A DNA stretch of 63,911 nt, the filler included, from Choristocarpus tenellus KU-1152 (lineage: Eukaryota > Protista > Phaeophyceae), in NCBI GenBank assembly GCA_964200185.2. It is 12 parts of 12 records of this genome, joined end to end, with 100 filler letters (N's around TTAATTAATTAA, not from the genome) between each part and the next. Parts side by side here need not be neighbours in the genome. Positions count along the whole stretch, not along the records: positions 1 to 8,069 come from CAXNAD020005200.1; positions 8,170 to 11,997 come from CAXNAD020017698.1; 10 more parts are not named here. One strand, written 5' to 3'. The notes under the pieces were generated by a model. That model did not search any database and had not been told where the DNA came from. It saw nothing but the letters and a program-made list of their open reading frames with translations. Shown piece after piece: positions 1 to 12,097 of the stretch (its first letter is position 1; each line of letters starts with the position of its first letter). A program made the position numbers and the translations under genes.

Positions 1-423
1 TGGCACGTCTAGTGACGATATGTTTTTAGTGTCATTGTATTACAGATTGGGGGGGGGGGGGGAGGGGGGGGGGGGAGGGAGGGAAGTGTACACATAGTGA
101 CCTTATCTGATAGTATAATTTTTCATTTGTCAGCTTGTTTTTCCTGTTTCTAGATGAGGTAACTCACACTTAAGTACGGTTCTTGATGTCATTCTGAAGG
201 TGGTTTAAAAATGTTACGTGTGCTATTAATTTGGCATTTCTATTTCCCTTCCATCTGGTTGTGCATGTTCCATATCAACTCTCCTAATGTGTTGCAGTAG
301 ATAGCCCTTGGTTCACCATCCCATTTCTCCCCATCTCCATAGCTCTGCAACTCTTCAGTCCCTAAGTGATGACGGCTTTGTTCCTCCTTACTCACTCCCT
401 GATTCTGACACACCTCTGTGCAG

Positions 424-3400
424 ATTCCGTTTGGCATTGCTGGTACAGACCGTGATGACTGTTCTGGCGACCCTTGTGACCCAACCATCCCTTCTGATTA
501 TGGCACTCCAGTGTGGGATGACAACCTCATCCTGATGAATGATGAGTAAGTATTTTCAGTGTCAGATGTATGTGGGTGTGTGTAAAGATCCATTACGTTG
601 TTGCAGTTTTTTGAGAACTAGTCTTTATTTTCATGGTGTAATTGTTTGTACTACACTCATTTATGAGGGGGTAGGAAACGCATTGAGGTATATACCTTTT
701 TGTGTGGTGTCTGTGAAGTCCCTGAATGAGATGTCTCTTCTCCCCCTTCAATACAGATAACCCTGTTGGTGTACATATTGCGATGACCACGAAGTGTTAA
801 ATTTAACTATTATTTCGCGTTCCTTATTGTACTCAAAAAAGGTACGCCCAGAAGTGGATGCTTGACTTCTGTGATGCAGTCGAGAATGCTGAGGATGCCT
901 CTGATGTGAGAAAGATCTACCCAGCAGATGACTCCAACCCTTCGCCTGTAAGCTGCATCCACCATGGGCTGCAGAGATGGTGAGCAAAGAGGCATGAAGC
1001 ACCAGGGATGCATGTACATTGTAGATGTCATGTAGTATATATGTATGTCTGTAGTTTGTGAGCTATGTTCATACTCTTGTGTGTTCAGTATCTTCATCGG
1101 AGGTTCAGGTAGGGTAACCTGCTGTGAATGCTTGCGTTCTTTTGTAGGGGGTTTTGGGGTGACTTTTGTGTGTTAGTAGTATCGACTGCACCTGGACCAT
1201 GATCGGCATTTGGTTGTATGTCTGGTCACACTGAAATAGACCAACACAGCTGAGTGTGTTAATAGGATGAGATATGGAAAGGGAAGAGTGTGTCTCTTGT
1301 TTGTTGGGAGAGGAAACACAAAGCTTGTACCAACGATTTTGGCACCTTGTGTGCATTGATATCCGGAATTAGAAGTTTCTTCCTAATCTGGAGGGCATGT
1401 TCAGGCCCTTTTGCTACTTGTGTCAATTCAATCTTAAAATCGCTATCTACGACTGCACATACCATGTTTTTCTTTGAGAGTGTGATTCTGTTAATTCTTT
1501 TTTTGTTGACTTGACAAAAAAAATAGAATGAAAATATATACATATTTTTGGTATGTAACCGCAGGTGTCAGGAAGATAGCGGTCGGTGCAACCAGACTCA
1601 TCCAGTACTTGCCACCAGTGAGTACATTGTGGATGCAGATGTGTTCTATCCGACACTCATTACCTTCCTAGAGAGCAGCATAGCCATCACAGACCCGAAT
1701 TTCGCACCTGGGAGAACCAACTACGACATTTGGCAGGAAAACATTAGGGTAAGTTTGAAAAGTGATTCTTCTGATATGCAGGGAAAATAAAAACAAAAGG
1801 TGTCATTTTGTGGTGTTACTGTTTTGCTGCTGAACTATGTTCTTGCCAGTGGGTATGTTGTGGTCCAAGTGGTTCTCTAGTGAGTGCAACAGTAATTCAA
1901 CATAAATGTTAGGACGGCATTTGATGTAGGGTGAACCTGGGTGATGAGGCGTCCATCTACCTGTTGGTGGTGTCTGTGTATGTGTGTGTTTGTGTATACA
2001 ACTTACAGAATGTTCTACTTCTGTCGCCCCTCCTACCACCCTACAAACACATACTGAAATATGCTGTTCATTTGGGATTGATTTTCCCTTTTTCCAGGGC
2101 GAGAACATCAATACAACTCAAACTGGCATTGATACAACACTGAGGTATATCTCGGTCAATGCTCTCCTAACAGTTGCAAGTGACTTTGACTTTGATAAAG
2201 GTGAGCAGATCGCACTGGACAGCATTGTGCTAGGGCAAGAAGAGATGTATGTAGAGGTGATTAATTAAACTCCCTGTTGGGAACATGCATTTTTTGTGCA
2301 GAAGTGAGTTAGAAGCCACTCCACCTGCAGCCTTTTCTTGAAGTTTACATTCAAACCGACTGTTCAAATATGTGTCTTGTCTTCCTACTCTTTTTTTCTT
2401 CTTGCTCTGAAAACCCTAACCCTAAGGGATCAAGCTGTACGAGGACTGGGTGGAATTTGTTGAGGAGTGGAAGGTGTTGTCTACAAACACAGCAATCTAT
2501 GGGGAAGAGGCAGGAACCGCATACGCCAGTGGATTTGTTACAGACGGTGGATTCTTCCACTACTTCTATCTGCAGGTTCGACGACTCTAGTATTGGCAAA
2601 GAGGGTGAAATGACTTGGCTGTCTTGATTCAAGAAACGGAAATATTACACTCTTTGTCCGGTTGTGTGAATAGCACAAGGCACATGTTTTTATTCAATCT
2701 CCAATGTTTGTCTTTAGTGACAATTTTTTTTTTCAAGTTTCCATTTGTGTTTTATTTCTGTTTCGGGGGAACACTTCCTTGGTGTAAAAGTGACGATTTT
2801 CAGGTGTGCTTATGTCTATACCTTGAAAAAATCGATATGAAGAAGCACCCTTCTCTTCACACTCTCTAGACATTTCAATACCAGTGCATAGAATGTCACC
2901 AGGCTGTGAAGGTAACGTAAGACTTACTGAAAAAAAAAAGTCGTAGAAATTTTGTGCTGCTTGGTTGAACGAACAAAAGTATTTTTTGAGAGAAAAATAA
3001 AACGATTCCGACAAAAGATGCCAATACTGTGGACAAGTAAAATTCAACGTTTGAAAAATAAGCTTACCGTTCTTTCTTACAGCTCAAATACCATGTTGGA
3101 AGTTACGTTGATGTGTTGAATAAAGCATGATGGAATGAAAGATGGTAGTACTGGATTTAGTTAGTTCGTTTTGGTCAAATGTGGGTAAGACATTGGCCTG
3201 CGGATCGTGCCCACCTCAAGATATAGATGTAGGATGCAGGTTCAACTGCTGAATTGATACCAATGTTTTCCTCCTTGAGAAGCTTTGTCGATTTGAACTC
3301 CACCTGCATGACCTATCACACACCCCTCTCAATCAATCCATCTTTGTGTGTGTGCACTAATTCGTTCTATTGTTTACTTTGTGAATTGATTACATTGCAC

Positions 3401-6400
3401 AGGATAAAATCATCTCTGAGGCATTCACAGGCATGGCTCTTTCTCTTTTGTTTGCCTTCCTCATCCTCTGCATTGCCACTCGTAACTGGCTCGTGTCGCT
3501 CATGGCTACCTTCACCATCACATCCATGGTGAATTTGCATTCTGTGTTTCATGTTGTATTTGGAGAGCGCTTCTTGTTTATGGGGGCTGTAGGTAGTGCT
3601 GTATTGGATAGAATTTGTACCATGTACTTCAATTCAAGGTCACCCAAATTTGTGTGAACTCCTACTTTTGTTTTGTGCATTTAATTTTCGAATGAGAAGG
3701 GGGTGGTGTGATCGAGCCAGAATAGGGTCTTGATCTATTCAACCACCACTATGCCACTTGGCTATGTATTGCATACATATAACATGTTCTGTAGTGATGC
3801 TTGTATTTCGTAAGCAGTGAGAAATATCTTCTTCTGACTAACCTTTAAAACCACGGGCCAGGACACCAATGGTGCCTTTGAATGATGGATTTGGGTTTGA
3901 TTTTGGGTTCATGCCTACGAAGGATCTTCCCTTGTGTTTTATGTCCGTCCTTTGATCCCACAATATTTTTGTAGGCTATAGATGACTTGACCCATCAGTG
4001 GTCAAACCAACTTATTCTTGTTTAGTTGTATGAACGCATCAACACATACCCTGTATTGTGAAAAATATGTTTAGACTTACAGACAGTAGAACTATGCGGC
4101 TATTTGTTTCTGTAGTTTTTTCTTTTTTCACAATCTCCCTCCCTTCCCCCCAACCAGTATCTTGGTGACCTCTCCTCTAGGCCCTGACTACTCTGTTGTC
4201 TTCCTTTGAATGTGCCCTGTAGGTCGGTGGGGTGGTTGCCTTCACTGTACTAAATGGATGGAAGCTTGGTGTCTTGGAAGCAGTTCTGTTTGTGATGGTG
4301 AGTTGTTCTTCTGTGTTTGAAGTGATTAAATTATCAATCATATATATTTATTTTTCTTCTTTCATTGTATAACAATTCTCTTCAGATCTGTAGGAAGTTT
4401 GAAAAAAGAAAATTAAAACATTTGTTCAACATTGCTGACTTGTGTTTGAACGCTGTTTGTGAAATGGGCCTGTTGAGCTGAGACCTACAGGTCAAGTAAT
4501 TGCTATGGTGGTTCTGCCCTATTGCCACCCTCTGTAGCTAAGTGCAATTTGAAAATGCAAAGGAATTAGTTTTTGAAGCACAAAAAAATACATTTAACAC
4601 ACAAGGGTAGACCTTGCAGTCTTGGCAGAAATCATCCTCACTGCTGCAGAACAAAGAAAATGAGGAGGAACATACCTGTCGACAGGATGAGTCTCTCCTA
4701 TGAATTTCTACCCCCCTTCAGATCCTGTTTGACCGAAAGAAGTTGACTCCAGTTTAGGGAATCATTTTTTTCCCGGTGAACCAAGATGCTCCGAATGTGT
4801 ACTGCCTTCTATTGTGGAATATCCTCAATTTATTTGTTCCTGCTTGCAAACAATTTCTCCGGATATAACACAGGTGGTCGGTTTCAGTGTTGACTATACT
4901 ATCCACCTCTCTGATGCTTACTTGGAGTCGCATGAGAAGACCAGGGAGGAAAGGACTGAGGAGATGCTTGTGGTTATGGGCATCTCGGTCCTCTCAGGGT
5001 GAGAAACCTTGGTACACTATATTGTGGCATTCGCTCCAAAGTAGAAGCATATTTCGTCAAATAGTAGGTTACTTTGTACTTGTTCTGTGTGTCAACTACA
5101 TTTCAAATAAGATGACAAGAATATGCCCTGGACGAACTGTAGAGATTCGTGTGATGAAAGGAATGCACAGAGAGGGCATGACTCTGGAGAACTGCTTAAA
5201 TACATTATTTTTTGCCCTTTTAGGTGGGTGGGTATGATGTAGGGGGACATTTAATGTAGCCCTTTGTTCCTGTACTTACCAGCCATAGCATAAGATCTGT
5301 TGTGGCGGTTTGGTTCGTGCTAGGTGCTTGTTGAACTTTTTGAGATGATAGGATCACAAACAACTATTTTATTTCTTTTTTTCAGATTGTTAAGGAAACA
5401 GGGCATACGTGAACTCCAGACGTAAGTATCACTTGAACACACACACTTCTAGTATGGAGTCACTGCTGATACCTTCTAACTGAACAATCTAACGTTGTCA
5501 TTTTGCCGTGGTCATTGCTCTTGTGGTTGGGGGGACACTGTGGTGTTTGGTGTACGTAGTGCTCTCTCTACCATTGGTGCTTGTGTTCCTCTGCTGTTTG
5601 CATATATGGTGTTTTTCCTCAAGTTTGGAACAACAATCCTCTTCATCATCGCCCAGAGCCTCATCTTCTCGCTTTTGTTCTACTCTACGGTGAGGACCCT
5701 CAAGGCTGCTTCCCAGTAGGGTGGTATTTGGAAGACAAAAGTATCCTCGAAACTATCCTGTTGTATACATCTTGCTAATGACCTTGGTATGACCAAAGCC
5801 CTACTTACATGCAGTTAAGGGATCACTGGAGAGAGGACTGTGGATTTTTCCTCCAAAACTTGGCTATTGTTGGCTTCACTACTCGCGCTACAAATTGTTC
5901 TTGTTCTATTAGGGTTGGGGACATTATGATTGTGCTGCTTTCTAATTCCGTTTTTGTCAATCGATCTTGCTATTGCACGATGGAGTGGATACAGTCAAGA
6001 GTGAAACAATATTCATAGGCACCCCGACTTTTCCCTGACTAGAGGGGCAAAATTTGGGTATAAATGTTGGGGTGATGTGTTTTAAGCTGCATCGGCAATG
6101 CAACTAATCTGAAAGAGTGACATGAGGGCGAACACACAATGTCCATATTTGTCAGCATGAACCAAGAAAGGACTGTACACAGACCGTTGTTGGCCCTTTG
6201 TTGGGAGCTGCATACCATTCCTGCCCCCATCATCACATGTGCTCCTGTGGTCAGAATGTCATCAGGCAATTTTCAGTTAAATGTTTGCTCTACCAAATCA
6301 AAACTACAGCATTTAGATATAGTTACAATCAGATTAGTGGTAGCTACTTTTTGGCCTTGTGGTCACTGGAATATATGTGTTCTATCGAAGAGAAGGGTAG

Positions 6401-7029
6401 ATCTGTACAGAATGCTTTTGTAAGGCAAGACTCAATTAGTGTTCACAATAATAATTATTTTTGTGCTGTGTAGTCCTACAGTATATTGCTTGGAAGTAAT
6501 GAAAATGTCTCTTTCATGCAGCATTTGGACAATATTGACTTCTAAAGGGAATTGAATAGTGTGTTGGTCCAACCACATGAACTGGATTTAGTCCATCATT
6601 AATCTTAGTTCAAACGTCACCTGTCCTCCCGCTCCCCTGAATGGAAACTGTTGACAGATGCTGGTTCAATTTGGCCCAGAGTTGCCCAAATTCGGTAAAA
6701 ACATCAAGAACCGTAAGAGGGTTGTTGTGCAGCTCTCCCCCCCCCATGACGATAAGGGTAGTGGACACACACCCCATGCTGAAGCACATGCGGAACATTT
6801 CCGTTCTGGGCGTGTGACAGCGGTGGATGCGGGTAGTGAAACATGTACGATTGAGCTTGATACTGATGATTGCATTGTGGAAGGGACAGAGGTGATCAAT
6901 GTCCCTATATCAACCTGCAGGTTGAAGAATGAAATTGGATCAATCACTGCAATTGATTCTGCATGGATATGGCTTCACCGGACTTGCATGGGTCATTTTG
7001 GCAAGAAAAAGGTGGTTTCGGGCAGTTGA
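424..7029 (+). CDS. Dispatched/Patched-family (RND, sterol-sensing-type) membrane protein, 3' part; exons 424-545, 842-979, 1565-1748, 2098-2200, 2427-2575, 3403-3528, 4223-4297, 4874-4998, 5560-5689, 6658-7029
   Basis: Ten GT-AG exons join in consistent phase. Peptides include FGIAGTDR...GTPVWDD, AQKWMLDFC, LSLLFAFLILCIATRNWLVSL, GWKLGVLEAV and VGFSVDYTIHLSDAYLES...RT, matching the second half of Dispatched-like proteins. The 5' part lies outside the contig. Confidence 0.85.
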
Positions 7030-7907
7030 TGGAAGGGTTGAAGATGTTTTTAAAGGCAATGATACCCTGGTATGTGCACTAGTGTGGCAGAAGAAGGTTT
7101 TTGCCTTTACGTTGGCGTTGATAAGCATGTGAGAATGCACCAACGGTTGGGGGGGTTTTCATGGATGATTCTAGTAGGTGAGGAAAGGACGGTCAAATGG
7201 GTGGATTAAAAGATATTGGCAAGCATTTCGATCAATGGAATATTTTTCTTTTGTCCTAAATGCATGGAGTTTTGTGTGTCTCGCATTTGTCATAAGTGCA
7301 TCATACTTGCATCTTTATATGTCGTAAGGACAGGGATGAGCTCAATAGCAGTCTTCTTTTCATCTCAAAGTGCCAGTATTTTTTGGGAGAGAGCGGTTCA
7401 AATAAACCCTTTTCCCTGTTGAGAGGTCTAGGTATAAGGACCAAGGCCTTGAGCTGTAGAGAAACAGCTCTGTACTAAAAATAGGAGTTTTGTAACGCGA
7501 ATGATGGTGTTTGTGCAAAGTAAAATGCTTGTTGCCTACTTCATAGTCTGTGTGAAATGGTCATCCAGGTTTGAATCACGATTATACCTTTAAAGTAGAC
7601 ACTTGTTTTGTTCCATTTTTGTTATCTTTGTCACCTGTCTTGATTCAACCTGTTTGGAGCAATTCCATAATGCTCACTGACTGCGCTCCTTGTGTCTGGG
7701 TCTTTCTGGTATCAATCTGGATGGACATTTGGGTTGTATGATTTATGTGTTGTGGAGTTAAATTATAATTCATATGAGAATGTAGTGTTGTTTGGAGGTA
7801 AAGTGTTAGTTTCATGTAAGGCTTTAGAATCGATCCCTACATGTGTTTTTTTGTATGTATGATTTTGAACCTCTTTTTTTTCAACCTCAACAGGAATTAT
7901 TGGCGCC

Positions 7908-8069
7908 TGCGTCCATTTGGGGATCAAAACCCAATGTTATTTTGATGTAATTTTGGCTATCGTGTTTGTTAGGAAGTATCCATATCTATGTTCCGGACAC
8001 ACCTTTCATAACGTACACATTTTACCTACTCCGAAATTTCTGGGAGTCGGAAAATGTCATTAAAAAAAC
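7908..8069 (-). mobile_element. MITE family A, partial copy truncated at contig end
   Basis: Matches the internal sequence of 26328-26584 (GTCCATTTGGGG...CGTGTTTGTTAGGAAGT...TACTCCGAAA). Confidence 0.85.
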
Positions 8070-8169
8070 NNNNNNNNNNNNNNNNNNNNNNNNNNNNNNN
8101 NNNNNNNNNNNNNTTAATTAATTAANNNNNNNNNNNNNNNNNNNNNNNNNNNNNNNNNNNNNNNNNNNN
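8070..8169. other. Artificial contig linker; same linker at 11998-12097, 19052-19151, 28925-29024, 31614-31713, 36427-36526, 39508-39607, 42437-42536, 51627-51726, 56575-56674, 61172-61271
   Basis: Identical 44N-TTAATTAATTAA-44N cassettes with stops in all six frames. Confidence 0.98.
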
Positions 8170-8257
8170 CCCCGCGCGCCGCCGCCGCCGGCCGCTGGCT
8201 CGCCTTTGCCCGCCCCCCCCCCCCCCCCCTCCACCACCTCTCTAAGATCAACTTGCC

Positions 8258-8454
8258 TGAATCCAGTTCAGTACACCAGCTTTGCCCAACCTGCTTAAGC
8301 CGTACTGGTCAACGAAATGCCCAATCCTTTCCCTCAAGCGTTCTTCGACGGGGGTTAAATCTATGCTACGGGTAATACAAGGAACTTCTCCTTGCCCTTG
8401 AGAAACCTCCTCAATCCACGTTCCTTCGCCTTCATCATGACAATCATCTCTCAC
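8258..8454 (-). CDS. Possible isolated exon of an unknown gene (VRDDCHDEGEG...GKAGVLNWIQ)
   Basis: Open frame between a CAG acceptor and a GCAAGT donor; no family recognised. Confidence 0.3.
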
Positions 8455-9064
8455 CTGTTTCATGATAAATTTCCAGTTGTCTCAACTGAAAACTAAATAT
8501 TTTTTCAAAAAATCCGAAAACTGTTTTTTTGTTGTTTATTGAATACAATTTGATACACCAAACTTTACTCTCCATAACTGTGCGTGAGACACAACTACCT
8601 GGAACGTATTCAGAGTTTAAAAATCCACAAAACCCTTCTTTACAAGGTGACAGGCCTCTACACAGATCACGAATCTCTTCCTTTGAATGTACGAAGGAAT
8701 ACCCTACATCGCTGTATCAGATAACCTTTGACTGTGCAAAGCCTGTCACTAGGTTCATCAGCTGAATTCACCAGTGCTTCATTGCACTATGAAACCCCTT
8801 CACCACAACCAACCCGCCACCGTACAAGAGCATGAATCATTCAATCCCAGGTTTCAACACTTAGCAGAATGTCATCTGATCATTTTAGCGCCCGGAAAAC
8901 CGCAAGTTACCCCCAAAACACGAATGGAATGAACGGTGGATCGAGATAATGGCGGATGGATTATTTTATGGAGGATGGATTTTTCCCAAAATGGTGCGCT
9001 GAAAGTGCCCATATGTTTTTTTTGTAAATGTTGCGGCACTTTTTAAGGGCCCCTTTTTGAATGG

Positions 9065-9640
9065 GAGTACTTAATTGACCTTGTACGTTTTCAATGTTCA
9101 GAAACCAAAAGGTAAAAAAAAAATGGCACCTTCCAATTTTTTGAGATACAAAATCTGAAATTGTTGGACATTTGCATTCTTAAAGAGTGAAACTATCTTA
9201 GAGGGTACACGACAGCCAAAATTACATCAAAATCACAAGATTGTATTTTGGCACCCAAATGGACGCGACTCTACCCTCTAAGATACTTTGACTCTAAAAA
9301 TACCAGAGACGACAAAAAGCGGTTCTTGAGTTTCGGTGATTTATCTTTCTGTTGGCAATTATTGTGTTACATGAAAAAAGGAATATCGAACAGCATACGA
9401 TTATATATTGAAAAGAGACAGAGAGTAAATGTTTTTTGTGACCTTTTCGTTTCGTACGTTTGAAACGTATTGGATTAATGAAGGATGTAGTTTGTAATTT
9501 TATTTGTTGATATAAGGATTAGAATATCATTATTATTCTGTAAAAACAAATTAAACCATATGGACTACCAACCTATATTGCACAATATCCGTACTTACAA
9601 ATTTTTTTAATACAGAGAGGTTTTGAAGTAATCTGAGTTT
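9065..9640. repeat. AT-rich long-unit repeat (family R-B), one forward and one reverse unit abutting
   Basis: 9065-9340 matches 56980-57130; 9385-9490 is the reverse complement of 57470-57570. Confidence 0.8.
9185..9294 (+). mobile_element. MITE family A, internally deleted 110-bp copy, TSD TAAA
   Basis: TIRs GAGTGAAACTATCTTAGAGGGTA / TACCCTCTAAGATACTTTGACTC; TAAA at 9181-9184 and 9295-9298. Confidence 0.92.
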
Positions 9641-10204
9641 TGTGGGCGGAAGAATTCTGGTTGGGTGGGGGCACAGGACAAGCGTGGGTAGGGGAAAGAA
9701 AAAGAAGTAATCAGGAAGAGAATGAATAATTAAGGAAGGGACGAAATGTTTAATGGAAATGATTGGTAGATAAAGGGGAAGGACAGCAGCCAGTCAGTGA
9801 TAAAAGGAAAGAAAACCAGGGGAACAAGACGAGGAGGGGAGACCAAGGCAACCTCCGAGCAAGCTTCTCCCACCCACCCACCCTGTCGCTTGCTCACGAA
9901 CAACGGAAACGCTGGGAAAGGGGAGGGAAGGGGAGGTCAAGTTCCGGCGGGGTAGATGTCTTCTAGCTCAAAGGCACAGTTTGAAGTGGATCATGAAGGG
10001 GTGTTCTTGGATGATCGTGGAGTGGTGTTGAGTGGTGTGAGAACTGCTGTGGGGTTGAGGGGAGTGGTAACTTGTGTGGGTTGAAAGGATGGCTGGCAAT
10101 CAGTGACGAAGGGCAGTCGCAATGGTTGACCATAAAATGGGGAATAGAGAATAGAGGAATGGCAAATTAGGAATGAGTAAATAATAATAATCCACAATTC
10201 GTGA

Positions 10205-10590
10205 GCAAAACAAAGCGCCTACTTCATTGATCTTGTACGTTTCCAATCTTCAGAAACCAAAAGGTCAAAAAGAAGTGGCACCCTCCAATTTCTTGAGATA
10301 CAAAATCTGAATTTGTTAGACATACGCATTCTTAAACAATCTACAGACGCCTAAAGGGGGTGTAACAGTTTCGAATTGTCATTCTGTTCTTTGAAAATAA
10401 ATAATCCTAAGCATGTGCATGAGGATTTTTAGAAATAGTAAATCCAGTTATATCCGTTCTTACCATTTTTAATAATACCAAGCACGCACTTTATGGTTCT
10501 CAAACGTTTCCAATTTCCATAAACATAAAGCTCACTTCCAACTGGTACCCTAAAATTTATTTAAATACTAAAACCGCGTTTTGGCGACCT
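10205..10590 (+). repeat. AT-rich long-unit repeat (family R-B), about 1.5-2 tandem units
   Basis: TTGATCTTGTACGTTTCCAAT...GAAACCAAAAGG and CATGAGG.TTTTAGAAAT shared with 56860-57600. Confidence 0.8.
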
Positions 10591-11279
10591 AACCACATTA
10601 GTCTGTTGCAGTTCCTCGTCACACTTTTAGGCACCCCGATCCAGGTTTTGAACAGATGTTGACTGAAGAACTCGCAAAACTTGTGTAATACTCCCCATGT
10701 CGTACCCTCACTCAATAGCAATAAGAAATCCATGGCGCAGTTCCTCTTCTGAGGGCGTGCAACACAGACAACACCTTTGCCTCCAGAGAGGGATGGCTGG
10801 GTGGCCAGAGGCATCAGCCCCGCCTCTGCCAAGTCAGTTCTGCTGCCTTCTTCTACAAGCAGTACAAAGAAGGGTTAGGGGAAGCAGAACCTGCAACGAA
10901 ACTTATTTCTATCCCTGAACTCTGAGTCACCGAGCCTGTCATCTCTGGTTATCTGCGTCCTTGGCGACTCCCCATAGTTGGGACGTGGATACACGAGATG
11001 GAACCGCCTCTCTTGCACAAGGTGCGACTCCCAATCTTCATTCTCCAGCAAACCCAATTCTTCCCATAGCCTCTGTCACATGATGTCTTGAGCAGTACCG
11101 AGCATGGCGACCCTACTGACCTTTTGTATGGCCCCGTTCGTCAATGGTATGTGTAGGAGCAGAAAGTCACTTCCAATGCCCCAAGGCGTTCTGGTGTTGT
11201 TCAGAGGCACTGACACTGGCATTTCAGTTTTTCCAACTCTTTATCTCGAGAACCAGAGAGAAGGTTGGGGAAAACTGAA

Positions 11280-11520
11280 AAAAGTACATTTTTCTCCAGT
11301 TATTATGTACCTAATCAGGTCTATGTGCGGGTCCCGTATGAGCAAGGTACTTACTGTTCTATGTGTGGACCAGACCAGGTCCCCATGCGGGTGCTGCACC
11401 TGGACAGGGTTTTGAGTATCATCCCTTAGGACTAGACCAGGTCCACATAGGAATCATTTAGTGGCGCAAGTGATGATCATCAACTTTGAGGATGCTGCTT
11501 CAGCAAAACCTGCTCAGTTC
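11280..11520 (+). pseudogene. Highly decayed Copia pre-integrase/integrase start
   Basis: Fragments MCGSRMSK, GP..ESFSGA and MIINFEDAAS resemble C..C..SK...GP..ESLGG..Y.MIFVDDASR across frames. Confidence 0.3.
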
Positions 11521-12097
11521 ATCCTCCCTGCAGCCACAGCTAGTCACTACATACTTGCTGCTATGAATGGGCAAGATGTGGAGAGTGCTTTATGTGCTGG
11601 CATTACCCGCAATTGTACTCTCTCTTGTCGATTTATACATATTTTCTTCATACCAAGTGTCCCTTACAAGATGGATTCCTGAAGAAATATGTAATCATCT
11701 TTGTTAAGTGGTGTATTTTTCTTATTATAAGAGTTAGTTTGTCGAAAATGATACAAGTAACATTTTAGACTAAGCATCCCTTTAAAAAATAGTCCTCAAA
11801 TTTTTTGTTGGACTAACAACAACGGTGAGATTCTTGAAAAGTTAAGGGGAAGGTTTGACTGCAGTTTCAATATCCATCTGTTTAGGAATATTAATAACTT
11901 CGTAGTTATAACCTCAACACCTTTGCGGTGGAAATATTTGGGCGCCTCGGCAAGCAAGCGGAAAGCTTCCTGGATGAGCTGGCTACCCACATGGTAGNNN
12001 NNNNNNNNNNNNNNNNNNNNNNNNNNNNNNNNNNNNNNNNNTTAATTAATTAANNNNNNNNNNNNNNNNNNNNNNNNNNNNNNNNNNNNNNNNNNNN

